48,823 nucleotides of DNA, taken from the NCBI GenBank assembly GCA_046754465.1, contig JBHHVU010000018.1:1-48823 (forward strand), in the 5' to 3' direction. Below, one piece after another: positions 38,801 to 48,304 of the stretch. Source of the DNA: Nitrospinaceae bacterium. GTDB lineage: Bacteria > Nitrospinota > Nitrospinia > Nitrospinales > VA-1. The translations under genes and the position numbers were made by a program. The notes beneath the pieces were generated by a model. It was not told where the DNA came from. It ran no database searches and saw nothing but the letters and a program-made list of their open reading frames with translations. Numbering within the stretch: the first letter of the stretch is position 1; every line of letters starts with the position of its first letter.

Positions 38801-38997
38801 GACCTTTACCCGGGGATACCGGTTTGACTTCAAATTATTTTGCGGGCAAAATAGTTGCCTGCCAGGGGACATCTGTCAGGGGATACTTGGCGTGAGGGGA
38901 TTTTAATTGAAATCAAACTACAGCCTTCCGGCGAGAAATTTTTGGGACCGGATGGCATGAGGATAAAATTATGAAAGTCAATAAAAAGAGAGACAAC

Positions 38998-39384
38998 ATG
39001 AGCCAGTGTGAAAAATGTCTCCCGGCTTACTGTTGCAATTATTTTGCGTTTCAACTCGACACACCGGAAGACCGAAGGGATTATGAAAGCCTGCTCTGGA
39101 AGATCGCGCACGAGAAGGTATCCATTTATATCTACCGGAAGGCCTGGTACATCATGATCCATAGCCGCTGCAATTTTTTGACGCCCGATAACAAATGCGC
39201 GATCTACGAACACCGCCCTTATCTTTGCCGGGAGCACAGCACCGAAAATTGTGAGTACACCGGAGATGACTACGGGTTCAGCGAACACTTCAAAAGTTAC
39301 GACGACCTGTTGATTTGGATCAAGGAGAACACCAACTTCCGCTTCAAGCAGCAGCCCACCGGCATTCCCGCGAATTGCCTTTGA
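38998..39384 (+). CDS. YkgJ-family Cys-cluster (Zn/Fe-chelating) protein
   Basis: CEKC...CC, C.FL....C.IYE.RP..CR. Start is 38998 or 38971. Confidence 0.85.
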   Translation: MSQCEKCLPAYCCNYFAFQLDTPEDRRDYESLLWKIAHEKVSIYIYRKAWYIMIHSRCNFLTPDNKCAIYEHRPYLCREHSTENCEYTGDDYGFSEHFKSYDDLLIWIKENTNFRFKQQPTGIPANCL

Positions 39385-40090
39385 AGCAAAACCTTTCCGA
39401 TACCCGCCGGCCATTATAACCTGGCTCATTGACCCCGGCTGGGGGAATAATCTACCCAAGTTCAGTGGTTGAAGCTGGCAAGAGAATGCGTGCTGTTGAA
39501 CCTGGAATCATATTCTTGGTTGAGAAGCGCCCCCTCCTCGGCAACGTCTGATTTTCTCCCTCCCGTATACGACCTTTGAATAAAAGACCTTGGCATAAGC
39601 GGGTTTTTGCTTGTCTTTTCTTTTTTCCGGACAGAAAAAATTAAAAAGGAATCCTCTTTTTCCAGCCTTTGGCCCCAGGAGAAGGCGTTTTTTTCCTCAG
39701 AGAACACCGGATGCCTGACAGTAAATTTACCCAGTTATTTTTTGTCTTTTTTCCCAGTGAGAGGCCGTGGGTGACGAATGGGAATGAGGTGTTCCACCCA
39801 AACTGAAAAAAACGCTTATCCCAAGGTCTCGAAATGGGGGATCTCCAGCTGGCGAAATATTTCTATAATTTTTTTAAAGACAAATCCTAGTTTTCTTACA
39901 GTTTCACTTCGAAATCGTCTTTCCAATTTTTCATGATTATCTTTCATTTGCTCGCATTTGAAAGCAAGGGAACAATAATTTTGCTAAAAAAGAATATTTG
40001 CGTTGCAAGTAATTTATTGAAATTTATAATAATTTATATTAAATTATAACATTGTGTATAAATTTGAATAACTTATTGTTTGAGGAAATG

Positions 40091-40216
40091 ATGGCTGACA
40101 GAACCCATTGGGAGACCGGATCTTTCGTAAAAAATCTTATTCAGGTTGGTTTCTGGATTATGGGTCCAACATTTTTGATTTGGTTTTTATTAAATAAAAA
40201 ATTTTGCTCGGTATGA
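40091..40216 (+). CDS. 41-aa single-TM peptide (below the ORF-track cutoff)
   Basis: MADRTHWETGSFVKNLIQVGFWIMGPTFLIWFLLNKKFCSV. GAGGA RBS, hydrophobic helix followed by KK. Confidence 0.5.
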   Translation: MADRTHWETGSFVKNLIQVGFWIMGPTFLIWFLLNKKFCSV

Positions 40217-40268
40217 GCAGAGCTGAGTGAAAATTTCACGATCACCTTTATCAAAGGAGAAGGGTGCC

Positions 40269-40991
40269 ATGAAGAAAATAGTTGCCGGAATAGTGACTTT
40301 TATTTTCACCTTGAGTCTGAGTTTAATGAGCCCGCAGTTGAGCTTCGGGGATAAAAAGGACAAATTGAGACATGGCAACTTGAAAAACCAAACGGTATCG
40401 CACGCGGCAAGCCATTTCAGTTTTCTCGGCGGGGATAATATCAATGCCGGTGCGGTGGCATCGGCTACTGGAAAGATAAAGGGCTTGGGACAGGTCCGTG
40501 TAGACGTTAGCTCCTCTTGGGATTGGTCAGGTTTCAGCAGCAGTGAGCAGGCAGGCCCTCCGGAGTTGGAGGTACACCCCTGTGCCTTTGTGAATACGAC
40601 TTCCCACACATTTACCAGCACTAATGCCATAGGAACTGCCATTGCGGGCGGAGTTTGCCCCAATCTAACCGCCTGTGCGAGTGCTGGTGTCGGCGGCTTT
40701 ACCACGGACGATACCGTCACCATTACAAAAATTGATGATGACGATGAGCTTGAAGAAGATGGGATCAACGGAAAAATCCGCGGCGGATCGATTTGCGAAA
40801 TTTTTGTGGATACGAGCAATAACTGCACCATCAATGAGGGGATGACCGCTTTCGGTATTATTGGTGGGTCCGGAAAATATTCCGGAGCTACGGGAAATGG
40901 TTTCATCCATTCTATATTCAACTTTTGCGATGGGACCTTTATACAGAACCAGATATTCTTGCATGTCAAAAAATTCGATAGCGATGATTAA
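40269..40991 (+). CDS. Secreted protein with a dirigent/allene-oxide-cyclase-like C-terminal motif
   Basis: AAGGAG RBS, MKKIVAG signal peptide, six Cys, F.IIGGSGKYSGATG.G motif. Confidence 0.75.
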   Translation: MKKIVAGIVTFIFTLSLSLMSPQLSFGDKKDKLRHGNLKNQTVSHAASHFSFLGGDNINAGAVASATGKIKGLGQVRVDVSSSWDWSGFSSSEQAGPPELEVHPCAFVNTTSHTFTSTNAIGTAIAGGVCPNLTACASAGVGGFTTDDTVTITKIDDDDELEEDGINGKIRGGSICEIFVDTSNNCTINEGMTAFGIIGGSGKYSGATGNGFIHSIFNFCDGTFIQNQIFLHVKKFDSDD

Positions 40992-41397
40992 ACCGAGGAG
41001 GCACTTCTACTGTGGGAAAGCCGGTGAACGTTCCTTTTTGTAAACCAGCAAATAAGGTTGTTGACCTCATTCCCATTGGTCAAATTACACCACCGAGCCT
41101 TTTCCGGTGATAATAATTTAGGCCGGCCCTTATTCCTGGACGGTCCCGTGGGGCGAAATCTTCGTCTCTCATAGGACTAATTTCCCTCCCTCCTCCCCTC
41201 CTCTTTGATAGAGCTTTTAATCTAATATCCCTTTTGGTTCTCTTTTTCTGCATAACCGTCTTTGCGTTCTGGCCCGCGCCCGTTCCTCCTTCCCTGACCG
41301 TTTTTTGACCCCTTCAAAGCCGAGTTCACCTAACATCCTCCAGCAATTTCGTCAACCCATCTTTTGAAATTCTTTATGCGATATCCGGAGTGGAATA

Positions 41398-41426
41398 TTG
41401 AAACAAATTGAAAATAATGGTATTAT
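41398..41426 (+). promoter_or_regulatory. sigma70 promoter of the polysaccharide locus
   Basis: TTGAAA-N17-TATTAT with an extended TG. Confidence 0.6.
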
Positions 41427-41550
41427 CGCGCCTTATTCCCCATGCAGATGTGAAGCGGACGTTTTTTTCCGTGAAATTATTGGATTTTTTTGCGCTCGAA
41501 TTACCTTTCGGCAGGGATAATTGTTTCCTGCGGGCGGGGCGGGGTGATTT

Positions 41551-42945
41551 ATGTTTAAAAATAGGCGTTTTCCGAGACCCGATATTTTTATAATGATGGC
41601 TCTTGTTTTTTTGGATGCCCTCTTTCTGCTCGGTTTATTTTACATTTTCACATTTGTTCGCCAGATGGGCTTGGGCGTTCCCGAGCGATTTTGGCCCACG
41701 TTGCTGCTCCCGCTGGGGTGGGTCATTGTAGTTCTTCCCCTCGTGGGTGGTTATTCCCTGGACACCAATATGCGGGGATTGAATTACGCCGGCGAACACT
41801 TGATAGCCGTTATTGTCTCATTTTTTCTCACCATCATCTCGATTTATTCCTTTACGTTCGAACCCGCCTATCAATTCAGCCGCAGCGTGCTTCCTCTAAG
41901 CTTTTTCACCTTTTTCTTTCTTTCCTTGTCTTATCGAAGGGCCATTTATTCCTGGCTGAACCCGTATCAGGAAAAGCGGTTCTTTTTAATCCTGGGTGCC
42001 GGAAATATGGCGCGGGAGGTTTTTTTGGACTGCATTGATTCAGGGATAAAACAAACTTTCCGGGTTTTGGACTCATCCAACCGGAATGTGGGCGGTAGAT
42101 TATGCGGGCCGGAGTCGCCGGTCATTGAAGGGCAGCCCATCACTCAGTTTGAGTCCTTGAACGGACTCCACGATGCCGTGATTATCGCGGATGACCGCCG
42201 GAAATTGAACCATGAACTCGTGGAAAGTTTGATCAACTGTCATTTCAACGGGACCCCCATTCTGTCCGTGGAAAAATTTTATGAGAATTATCTAAACAGG
42301 ATCCCCAGCGCTTTCGTGCATCCCCAGTTGCTGTTGCGGGAGGGTTTTGATTTTCCCCGTAATCCGGTCTTCGAAAACATCAAGCGTTTCATCGATATCC
42401 TGTTTTCAACGGCGGCCCTGGGATTGTCCTCGCCACTTTTCATATTCATTCCCCTATTGATCCGGTTGGAAAGCCAGGGACCTGTTTTTTTTCGACAGGA
42501 GCGGACTGGAAAAAATAACGCGTCCTTCCATCTAATTAAATTTAGGACCATGGTCACTGACTCAGCTAATGGTCCCGTGTGCACGGAAAAATCCGACCCC
42601 CGGATTACCCGGGTGGGGAAATGGCTGCGCACCTTGCATCTGGATGAATTGCCTCAATTGTGGAATGTTTTGATGGGGCAAATGAGCATGATCGGGCCGC
42701 GTCCGGAACAAACCAGGCTGACCCGCATCTATGAACGGCAATTCTTCTGCTACCGGTTCCGTCATTTGGTAAAACCCGGGATCACCGGGTGGGCCCAGGT
42801 GAACTACGCCTATGGCGAGGATTTAAACGATGCCCTGAAAAAATTCGAATACGATCTTTATTATATCCGCCATTTTTCATTTATGATGGACGCCACAATC
42901 GTATTGAAAACCGCCTCCCAAATAGTTATGGGACGCGGAAGATAG
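41551..42945 (+). CDS. Priming polyprenyl-phosphate glycosyl-1-phosphate transferase (WcaJ/WbaP-like)
   Basis: Four N-terminal TMs, GAG Rossmann-like segment, KR..D, KFRTM, DPRIT.VG, LDELPQ.WNV..G.MS.IGPRP, KPGITGWAQV. Confidence 0.93.
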   Translation: MFKNRRFPRPDIFIMMALVFLDALFLLGLFYIFTFVRQMGLGVPERFWPTLLLPLGWVIVVLPLVGGYSLDTNMRGLNYAGEHLIAVIVSFFLTIISIYSFTFEPAYQFSRSVLPLSFFTFFFLSLSYRRAIYSWLNPYQEKRFFLILGAGNMAREVFLDCIDSGIKQTFRVLDSSNRNVGGRLCGPESPVIEGQPITQFESLNGLHDAVIIADDRRKLNHELVESLINCHFNGTPILSVEKFYENYLNRIPSAFVHPQLLLREGFDFPRNPVFENIKRFIDILFSTAALGLSSPLFIFIPLLIRLESQGPVFFRQERTGKNNASFHLIKFRTMVTDSANGPVCTEKSDPRITRVGKWLRTLHLDELPQLWNVLMGQMSMIGPRPEQTRLTRIYERQFFCYRFRHLVKPGITGWAQVNYAYGEDLNDALKKFEYDLYYIRHFSFMMDATIVLKTASQIVMGRGR

Positions 42946-43077
42946 GAATAAGTTTTCCTTCCCGGAAGAATCGTTTGAAGCCGGCTGGATAAACTTTAAA
43001 TTTTACGGGCTGAAATTCATTTGACCATGAAGCCGAGGGGTTGAGTCCGCAAAGGTTCCAGAGAATCATCGGGGGTT

Positions 43078-44922
43078 ATGACGGCAAAGATACTTGGACT
43101 ATCCGCATATTACCATGACAGCGCGGCGGCCCTGATCGTCGATGGCGGGATCGCCGCCGCGGCCCAGGAAGAGCGTTTCAGCCGGAAAAAACACGACGCG
43201 GGCTTTCCGGGTCATGCGGTTGCCTATTGCCTGCGCGAAGCAAACCTATCCCTGCGGGAAATCGATTGGGTGGTTTTCTATGACAAGCCGCTGGTCAAGT
43301 TTGAACGGTTGCTGGAAACTTACCTCTCCTACGCCCCCAGGGGATTCCGTTCTTTCCTTGCTTCGATGCCGGTATGGCTCAAGGACAAACTGTTTCTCAA
43401 GGAAACCCTTAAAAAGGAATTGGCCGGACTGGGAAAGGTGACGGAATCCGCTTTGCCCCCCCTGTTGTTCAATGAACACCACAGGTCGCATGCCGCCTCG
43501 GCGTTTTTCCCCAGTCCTTTTGAAAAGGCGGCTGTCCTATGCCTGGATGGGGTGGGCGAATGGGCAACCAGCTCCGTGTGGCTTGGCGAGGGCAACCGAT
43601 TGGTTCCGCAATGGGAGCTGGATTTTCCACATTCCCTGGGCCTGTTGTATTCCGCGTTTACTTATTTTACGGGCTTCAAGGTCAATTCGGGCGAATATAA
43701 ACTCATGGGTTTGGCGCCCTATGGTGAACCGGGATATGTGGATGTGATTCTGGAGCATTTGTTGGACTTGAAGGAGGATGGCACATTTCGCCTGAACATG
43801 GACTACTTCAATTACGCGGCCGGCCTGACCATGACCAATAGCAAGTTTGATAAATTGTTTGGCGGCCCGCGGCGGAAATCGGAGTCCCAAATCACTCAGC
43901 GTGAGATGGACCTCGCCCGGTCCATCCAGGTGGTGACGGAAGAGATTATCCTGAAACTCACGCGGACGATCCATGAGGAATTGAAGACGGATTACCTGTG
44001 CCTGGCCGGCGGCGTCGCCCTCAACTGCGTCGCCAACGGCCGGGTGCTCAGAGAAGGACGGTTCCAGGATATCTGGATTCAGCCGGCGGCGGGAGATGCC
44101 GGCGGAGCGCTGGGCGCCGCCTTGTCGGCATGGCATGAATTCCTGGACCAACCGCGCGAGGTGGACTCCCGGGACTCCATGAAGGGGGCGTATCTGGGCC
44201 CCCGATCCTCCGATCGGGAAATCACCGAATACCTCGACAGGATCGGCGCCGAATACCGGAAACTGCCGGACGCCGGCTTGATGCCCCTTTTGGCGGATCT
44301 TCTTTGTAAGGAAAACGTGGTGGGTTGGTTCCAGGGGCGCATGGAATTTGGTCCACGGGCTCTGGGCGGCCGATCCATTATCGGCGATCCTCGCAGTAAA
44401 AAAATGCAGTCCGTCATGAACTTGAAGATTAAATTCCGCGAATCCTTTCGCCCCTTCGCCCCCGTGGTCCGGGAGGAAAAAGTTTCCGAATGGTTCGAAA
44501 TCGACCGGGCCAGTCCCTACATGCTTTTGGTGGCGCCCGTAAAAAAGGAAAAGTGTGTTCCCATGACCGGGGAACAAAAACGCTTCTTCGGCATCGAAAA
44601 GCTCCACCTGTGCCGGTCCGAAATTCCCGCCGTCACCCATGTGGACTACTCCGCCCGCATCCAGACCCTCCACAAAAAATATAACCCGCGTTTATACAGC
44701 CTGCTCGAGCATTTCGAACAACGCACCCAATGCCCGGTGCTTATAAATACGTCATTCAATGTCCGGGGCGAGCCCATTGTTTGTACGCCGGAGGATGCCT
44801 ACCGGTGCTTCATGCGCACGGACATGGATTACCTGGTGATGGAAAATTATTTGTTGGCCAAGAAAGATCAACCCGCCTGGGAAAAAGACCATTCCTGGAA
44901 AAATGAATTTGAACTGGATTGA
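43078..44922 (+). CDS. O-carbamoyltransferase (NodU/CmcH/TobZ/SxtI family)
   Basis: YHDSAA, EERF, HH.SHAASA, DGVGE, EYKLMGLAPYG, LAGGVALNC, GRMEFGPRALG.RS, NTSFN.RGEP. Confidence 0.95.
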   Translation: MTAKILGLSAYYHDSAAALIVDGGIAAAAQEERFSRKKHDAGFPGHAVAYCLREANLSLREIDWVVFYDKPLVKFERLLETYLSYAPRGFRSFLASMPVWLKDKLFLKETLKKELAGLGKVTESALPPLLFNEHHRSHAASAFFPSPFEKAAVLCLDGVGEWATSSVWLGEGNRLVPQWELDFPHSLGLLYSAFTYFTGFKVNSGEYKLMGLAPYGEPGYVDVILEHLLDLKEDGTFRLNMDYFNYAAGLTMTNSKFDKLFGGPRRKSESQITQREMDLARSIQVVTEEIILKLTRTIHEELKTDYLCLAGGVALNCVANGRVLREGRFQDIWIQPAAGDAGGALGAALSAWHEFLDQPREVDSRDSMKGAYLGPRSSDREITEYLDRIGAEYRKLPDAGLMPLLADLLCKENVVGWFQGRMEFGPRALGGRSIIGDPRSKKMQSVMNLKIKFRESFRPFAPVVREEKVSEWFEIDRASPYMLLVAPVKKEKCVPMTGEQKRFFGIEKLHLCRSEIPAVTHVDYSARIQTLHKKYNPRLYSLLEHFEQRTQCPVLINTSFNVRGEPIVCTPEDAYRCFMRTDMDYLVMENYLLAKKDQPAWEKDHSWKNEFELD

Positions 44923-44924
44923 TC

Positions 44925-45332
44925 ATGGACTTGACGATACCTGAACTCGATAAAAAAGGCCTTCGCAAATTCGGCCTCACAACGGGGCTCATCGTCTTGG
45001 TCCTGTTCGAATTGTTTTTCCCATGGATTTTGGACCGGCCGCTTCCCCGATGGCCGCTGTTTGCCGCGGGCAGCTTGTGGATATTGGCTCTGGGGTTACC
45101 ACGGGCGTTGAACCCGATTTACAAGGGATGGATGGTTTTCGGGCAGGTGTTGGGTTGGATCAATACCCGCATTATTTTGGGAATTTTGTTTTTTGGGATA
45201 TTCATGCCATCGGGATTCATCATGCGCCTTTTGGGAAAAGATCCCCTGGCGCGGAAACTGGAAAGTTCCTTGGCGTCTTACCGGGTAAAAACCGTTTCGC
45301 AGTCCAACGAGAGAATGAGGAGGCCGTTTTAA
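44925..45332 (+). CDS. SxtJ-family membrane protein
   Basis: LRKFG, P..L.PIY..WM.FG..LG.IN, GKDPL.R, terminal PF. Directly follows the carbamoyltransferase. Confidence 0.85.
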   Translation: MDLTIPELDKKGLRKFGLTTGLIVLVLFELFFPWILDRPLPRWPLFAAGSLWILALGLPRALNPIYKGWMVFGQVLGWINTRIILGILFFGIFMPSGFIMRLLGKDPLARKLESSLASYRVKTVSQSNERMRRPF

Positions 45333-45484
45333 TGCTGGAACTATTGAAAGACCTAGGGGCATTCATGAAAGTGAGGAAGAAATTCTGGCTGGCGCCCATC
45401 ATCATCGTCATGCTGCTCATGGGCGCATTGATCGTATTGACGCAGGGCTCCGCCGTCGCGCCCTTTATCTATACGTTATTTTGA
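45332..45484 (+). CDS. DUF5989/SxtK-like single-TM micro-protein, copy 2 (50 aa)
   Basis: TAATG overlap with the sxtJ-like gene, GAGGAGG RBS, MLELLKDLGAFMKVRKKFWLAPIIIVMLLMGALIVLTQGSAVAPFIYTLF. Confidence 0.9.
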   Translation: MLELLKDLGAFMKVRKKFWLAPIIIVMLLMGALIVLTQGSAVAPFIYTLF

Positions 45485-45643
45485 TTGAAGTTATTGTTAG
45501 AAACCGGTCTTTGCAAGGGAATAAAATCCTGGATCGTGATCTCAATTTTTAGTCTCAGCATGGCAAGAGTCCTTCCTGTTGGAAGAAAATTTTTTCCATG
45601 TACTGTTAGATAACAACAGCGGTTTCTTCAATCCACTCGAAAT

Positions 45644-48289
45644 ATGGACGACCTTGATATCAAGGATGTTTTACAAATCATCAACCGGCGGAAATTTGTC
45701 CTGATCGCGGCGGTTGGGCTCTCTTTGATTCTGGCGATGGCCTATGCTTTCAACATGGACCCGATCTACCGTGCTTCCGCTAAAATTCTCATTGACCAGA
45801 AAGCTCCCAAGGCCATATCGATTAAAGATGTCCTCGTTTATGATTCTAAACAAAAAGAATTTTTGAATACCCAGTATGCTTTGCTCAAAAGCCGCTCCCT
45901 GGTGAAAAGTGTGATTTTAAAGCTCCATCTGGAGAAGAGCGAGGAGTTTAAAAGAAAGCCCCCTCTGATGGATTTGACTCCCTTGAAACAATGGACCAAT
46001 TCTCTCCTGGAACAAGCGGGTATAAAAAAGAAAAAAAAGGGCCTGAAGGTTGAAACCAACCCGTACACGCCCTTGATCGACAGCTTCCTGGAACGGCTGA
46101 AAATTGTTCCCATGAAGGACAGCAAAATCGTAACCATCCGGTTTTTTGGGTTCTCTCCCTTTTGGGTGGCAAAAATTACAAACACCTTGACCGAACTTTA
46201 TATTTCCCAGAGCCTCGAATTCCGAAGTCAAATCGAAACCGGGGCCGGCGATTGGCTGAAAATCAAAATTGAGGAATTGAAGGGAAAAATCAAGAATTCG
46301 GAACTGAAATTGCAAAAATTTATTACCCAAAGGAACTTTATTGACAGTGGGGAAAAGCGCGACTTTTCCGTTCAAAAACTCACCGAATTGATCAAGGAGG
46401 AATCCCGGGCAAAAACCGAAAGGCTGAGGTTGCAAACTTTAATTCACGAATTAAAAGAATTTTCCGATGATCCTTTTCAGATGTTTCAGATCACCCCGGA
46501 ATCTATTAAGAGTGACGCCATTCGGGAGTTATACCGGAATTATAATGACCTTAAAGGCCAATTGAACGTTTTGTCCAAAAATAAAGGTCCCCGGCATCCC
46601 GATATCATTTCTCTGTCTCAAAAAGTTAAAACGTTGGAAAACCGGATTCCGAAAGAAATGGACCGGTTGGTAAAGTCCCTGGAACTCGATTACAAGTCCG
46701 CGGCGGCCCGTGAAAAAGATATAAAATCTTCCGTGGAGAAACAAAGAAAAAGAATTATTAACCTGGATAAGGACGCGGTCCAGTATGAATCCTTAAAACA
46801 AGAGGTGGAGACCAACAAAAAACTGTTTGACATGCTCTTGAACCGGGTGAAAGAGCTGGATATCTCTTCAAATTATAATGAAACCAACATCCGCGTGGTG
46901 GACCGGGCGGAAGTGCCCATCCTTCCCTTCAAACCCAAGAAAGCCTTGAATATGGTATTAGCGCTTTGTATCGGTATGGCGGGAGGACTCCTCTTGATCT
47001 TCTTTCTGGAATCCATTGACAAAAACTTGAAAACCGAGGGAGACGTGGACCGCCAGCTTCCCTATCCTCTTTTGGGTTCATTGGGGCTGTTTCCCAAGAA
47101 GGAGTCTCCCCTGCCGGTCACCACGAATAATTCTGTTTTCGGAGAGGAATTCCGAAGCCTGCGAACCCACCTTCTTTCGTCGATTTCCACCAATCCGCAC
47201 AAAACGATTCTTATCACGAGTGTCCTCCCCGAGGAAGGCAAGGCGACGGTGGTCTCCAATTTAGCCATCGCGCTGGGTCAGATTGGGAAAAAAGTCGTTC
47301 TCATCGATGCGGATTTGAAAAATTCCAAAGGTCATAAAATTTTTGGAACGGATATCTCGCCGGGGTTGGTGGATGGTCTGACAGATTCGGAGCAATTGAA
47401 AGGGATATTCCAAAAGACCCAATATCCGGGACTTTGGCTGGTCCCCGCCGGCCGGGCGGATCCCTCCTCCTCTTTTTCCGTGGACCTTTTGTTTTCACAG
47501 GTTCTTCAATCCTTCATCAAGGGCCTGAAAAATATGTTCGATGTGATCCTCATCAAAGCCCCGCCCGTTTTAAGCGGTTCGGACGCGAGTATCATTGAAA
47601 AAAGCTGCGATTCGATTTTGCTGGTCGTCCAGTCAGGCGCGAGTAATAAAACCATGATCCAACGGGCCATCGGACAATTGTTGTCCTCCCCACCCCAAAC
47701 GAAATCCCAAGGCCTTTTCAGAAGAAAGGAAGATAAAATTAAAAATCTGTCAAGGGATGCTGACTCCAAATCAAAATTTTTGGGCATCGTTCTCAACAAG
47801 GTGAAGAATAAAAACAAGGAATATTACGGTCATCAAAGGAAAAGATACAAACGCGCCGGGGATCGGGATAGTGGAAATAATATTGATTCAACAAGTAAAT
47901 TTAAAAATTGGCGGGCCGCCGGTTACCTTGCCGCGGCCGCAATCGTCATTCTTTCCCTCATACCGTCCTTTCCCCTGCAAACCGGACTTGCGAGTATTCC
48001 CCTTGGAGATTATTTCGCCCATCTTTCCAGTTATGCCATTTTAATGTTTTGTTTCTCCAAGGCCTTCACGGGAAAAAGCACCCAGTTTAAGTTGGGAATG
48101 GGGTTTTTAACCATGGGAATCCTGTTGGAAATTCTGCAAATCCCCGTTGAAGGGAGAGGGTTTGAATTGACCGATATCATGGGGGAAATGCTGGGGATCA
48201 TAATTGGTTTTACCGTGACCCAGGCAAGAGGAAAAGGAAGCCCCGGGTTCGCCTCCATCGACCAAATATTGAGGACAAAAAATAACTAG
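45644..48289 (+). CDS. Wzc/GumC polysaccharide co-polymerase with a degenerate BY-kinase domain and a C-terminal VanZ-like domain
   Basis: Wzz N-terminus (P.Y.A), coiled coils, GPRHP, VVD.A..P..P.KP, EEFRSLRT, TS..PEEGKAT, IDAD, IKAPP, GIVLN. Then H...Y...LE.LQ..V.GR.F...D VanZ pattern. Confidence 0.85.
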   Translation: MDDLDIKDVLQIINRRKFVLIAAVGLSLILAMAYAFNMDPIYRASAKILIDQKAPKAISIKDVLVYDSKQKEFLNTQYALLKSRSLVKSVILKLHLEKSEEFKRKPPLMDLTPLKQWTNSLLEQAGIKKKKKGLKVETNPYTPLIDSFLERLKIVPMKDSKIVTIRFFGFSPFWVAKITNTLTELYISQSLEFRSQIETGAGDWLKIKIEELKGKIKNSELKLQKFITQRNFIDSGEKRDFSVQKLTELIKEESRAKTERLRLQTLIHELKEFSDDPFQMFQITPESIKSDAIRELYRNYNDLKGQLNVLSKNKGPRHPDIISLSQKVKTLENRIPKEMDRLVKSLELDYKSAAAREKDIKSSVEKQRKRIINLDKDAVQYESLKQEVETNKKLFDMLLNRVKELDISSNYNETNIRVVDRAEVPILPFKPKKALNMVLALCIGMAGGLLLIFFLESIDKNLKTEGDVDRQLPYPLLGSLGLFPKKESPLPVTTNNSVFGEEFRSLRTHLLSSISTNPHKTILITSVLPEEGKATVVSNLAIALGQIGKKVVLIDADLKNSKGHKIFGTDISPGLVDGLTDSEQLKGIFQKTQYPGLWLVPAGRADPSSSFSVDLLFSQVLQSFIKGLKNMFDVILIKAPPVLSGSDASIIEKSCDSILLVVQSGASNKTMIQRAIGQLLSSPPQTKSQGLFRRKEDKIKNLSRDADSKSKFLGIVLNKVKNKNKEYYGHQRKRYKRAGDRDSGNNIDSTSKFKNWRAAGYLAAAAIVILSLIPSFPLQTGLASIPLGDYFAHLSSYAILMFCFSKAFTGKSTQFKLGMGFLTMGILLEILQIPVEGRGFELTDIMGEMLGIIIGFTVTQARGKGSPGFASIDQILRTKNN

Positions 48290-48304
48290 AGAGGTTGTGG
48301 ATCG

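Larger units (their letters stand above)
39772..41082. repeat. 19-bp inverted repeat pair (39772-39790 and 41064-41082) bracketing 1.3 kb
   Basis: TGACGAATGGGAATGAGGT against the reverse complement TGACCAATGGGAATGAGGT (18/19). Both copies are intergenic. Confidence 0.6.

Noticed and set aside
42091..42098. ops-like GGCGGTAG
   Set aside because: It lies mid-CDS, not in the leader, and lacks the downstream TG.
45023..45331. 153-aa extended version of the DUF5989 ORF
   Set aside because: The extension overlaps the sxtJ-like gene. The true start at 45332 has an RBS and a TAATG coupling.
43078..45484. Saxitoxin biosynthesis cluster (sxtI/J/K homologues)
   Set aside because: No sxtA, sxtG or other core genes are present. 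The context is a polysaccharide locus.
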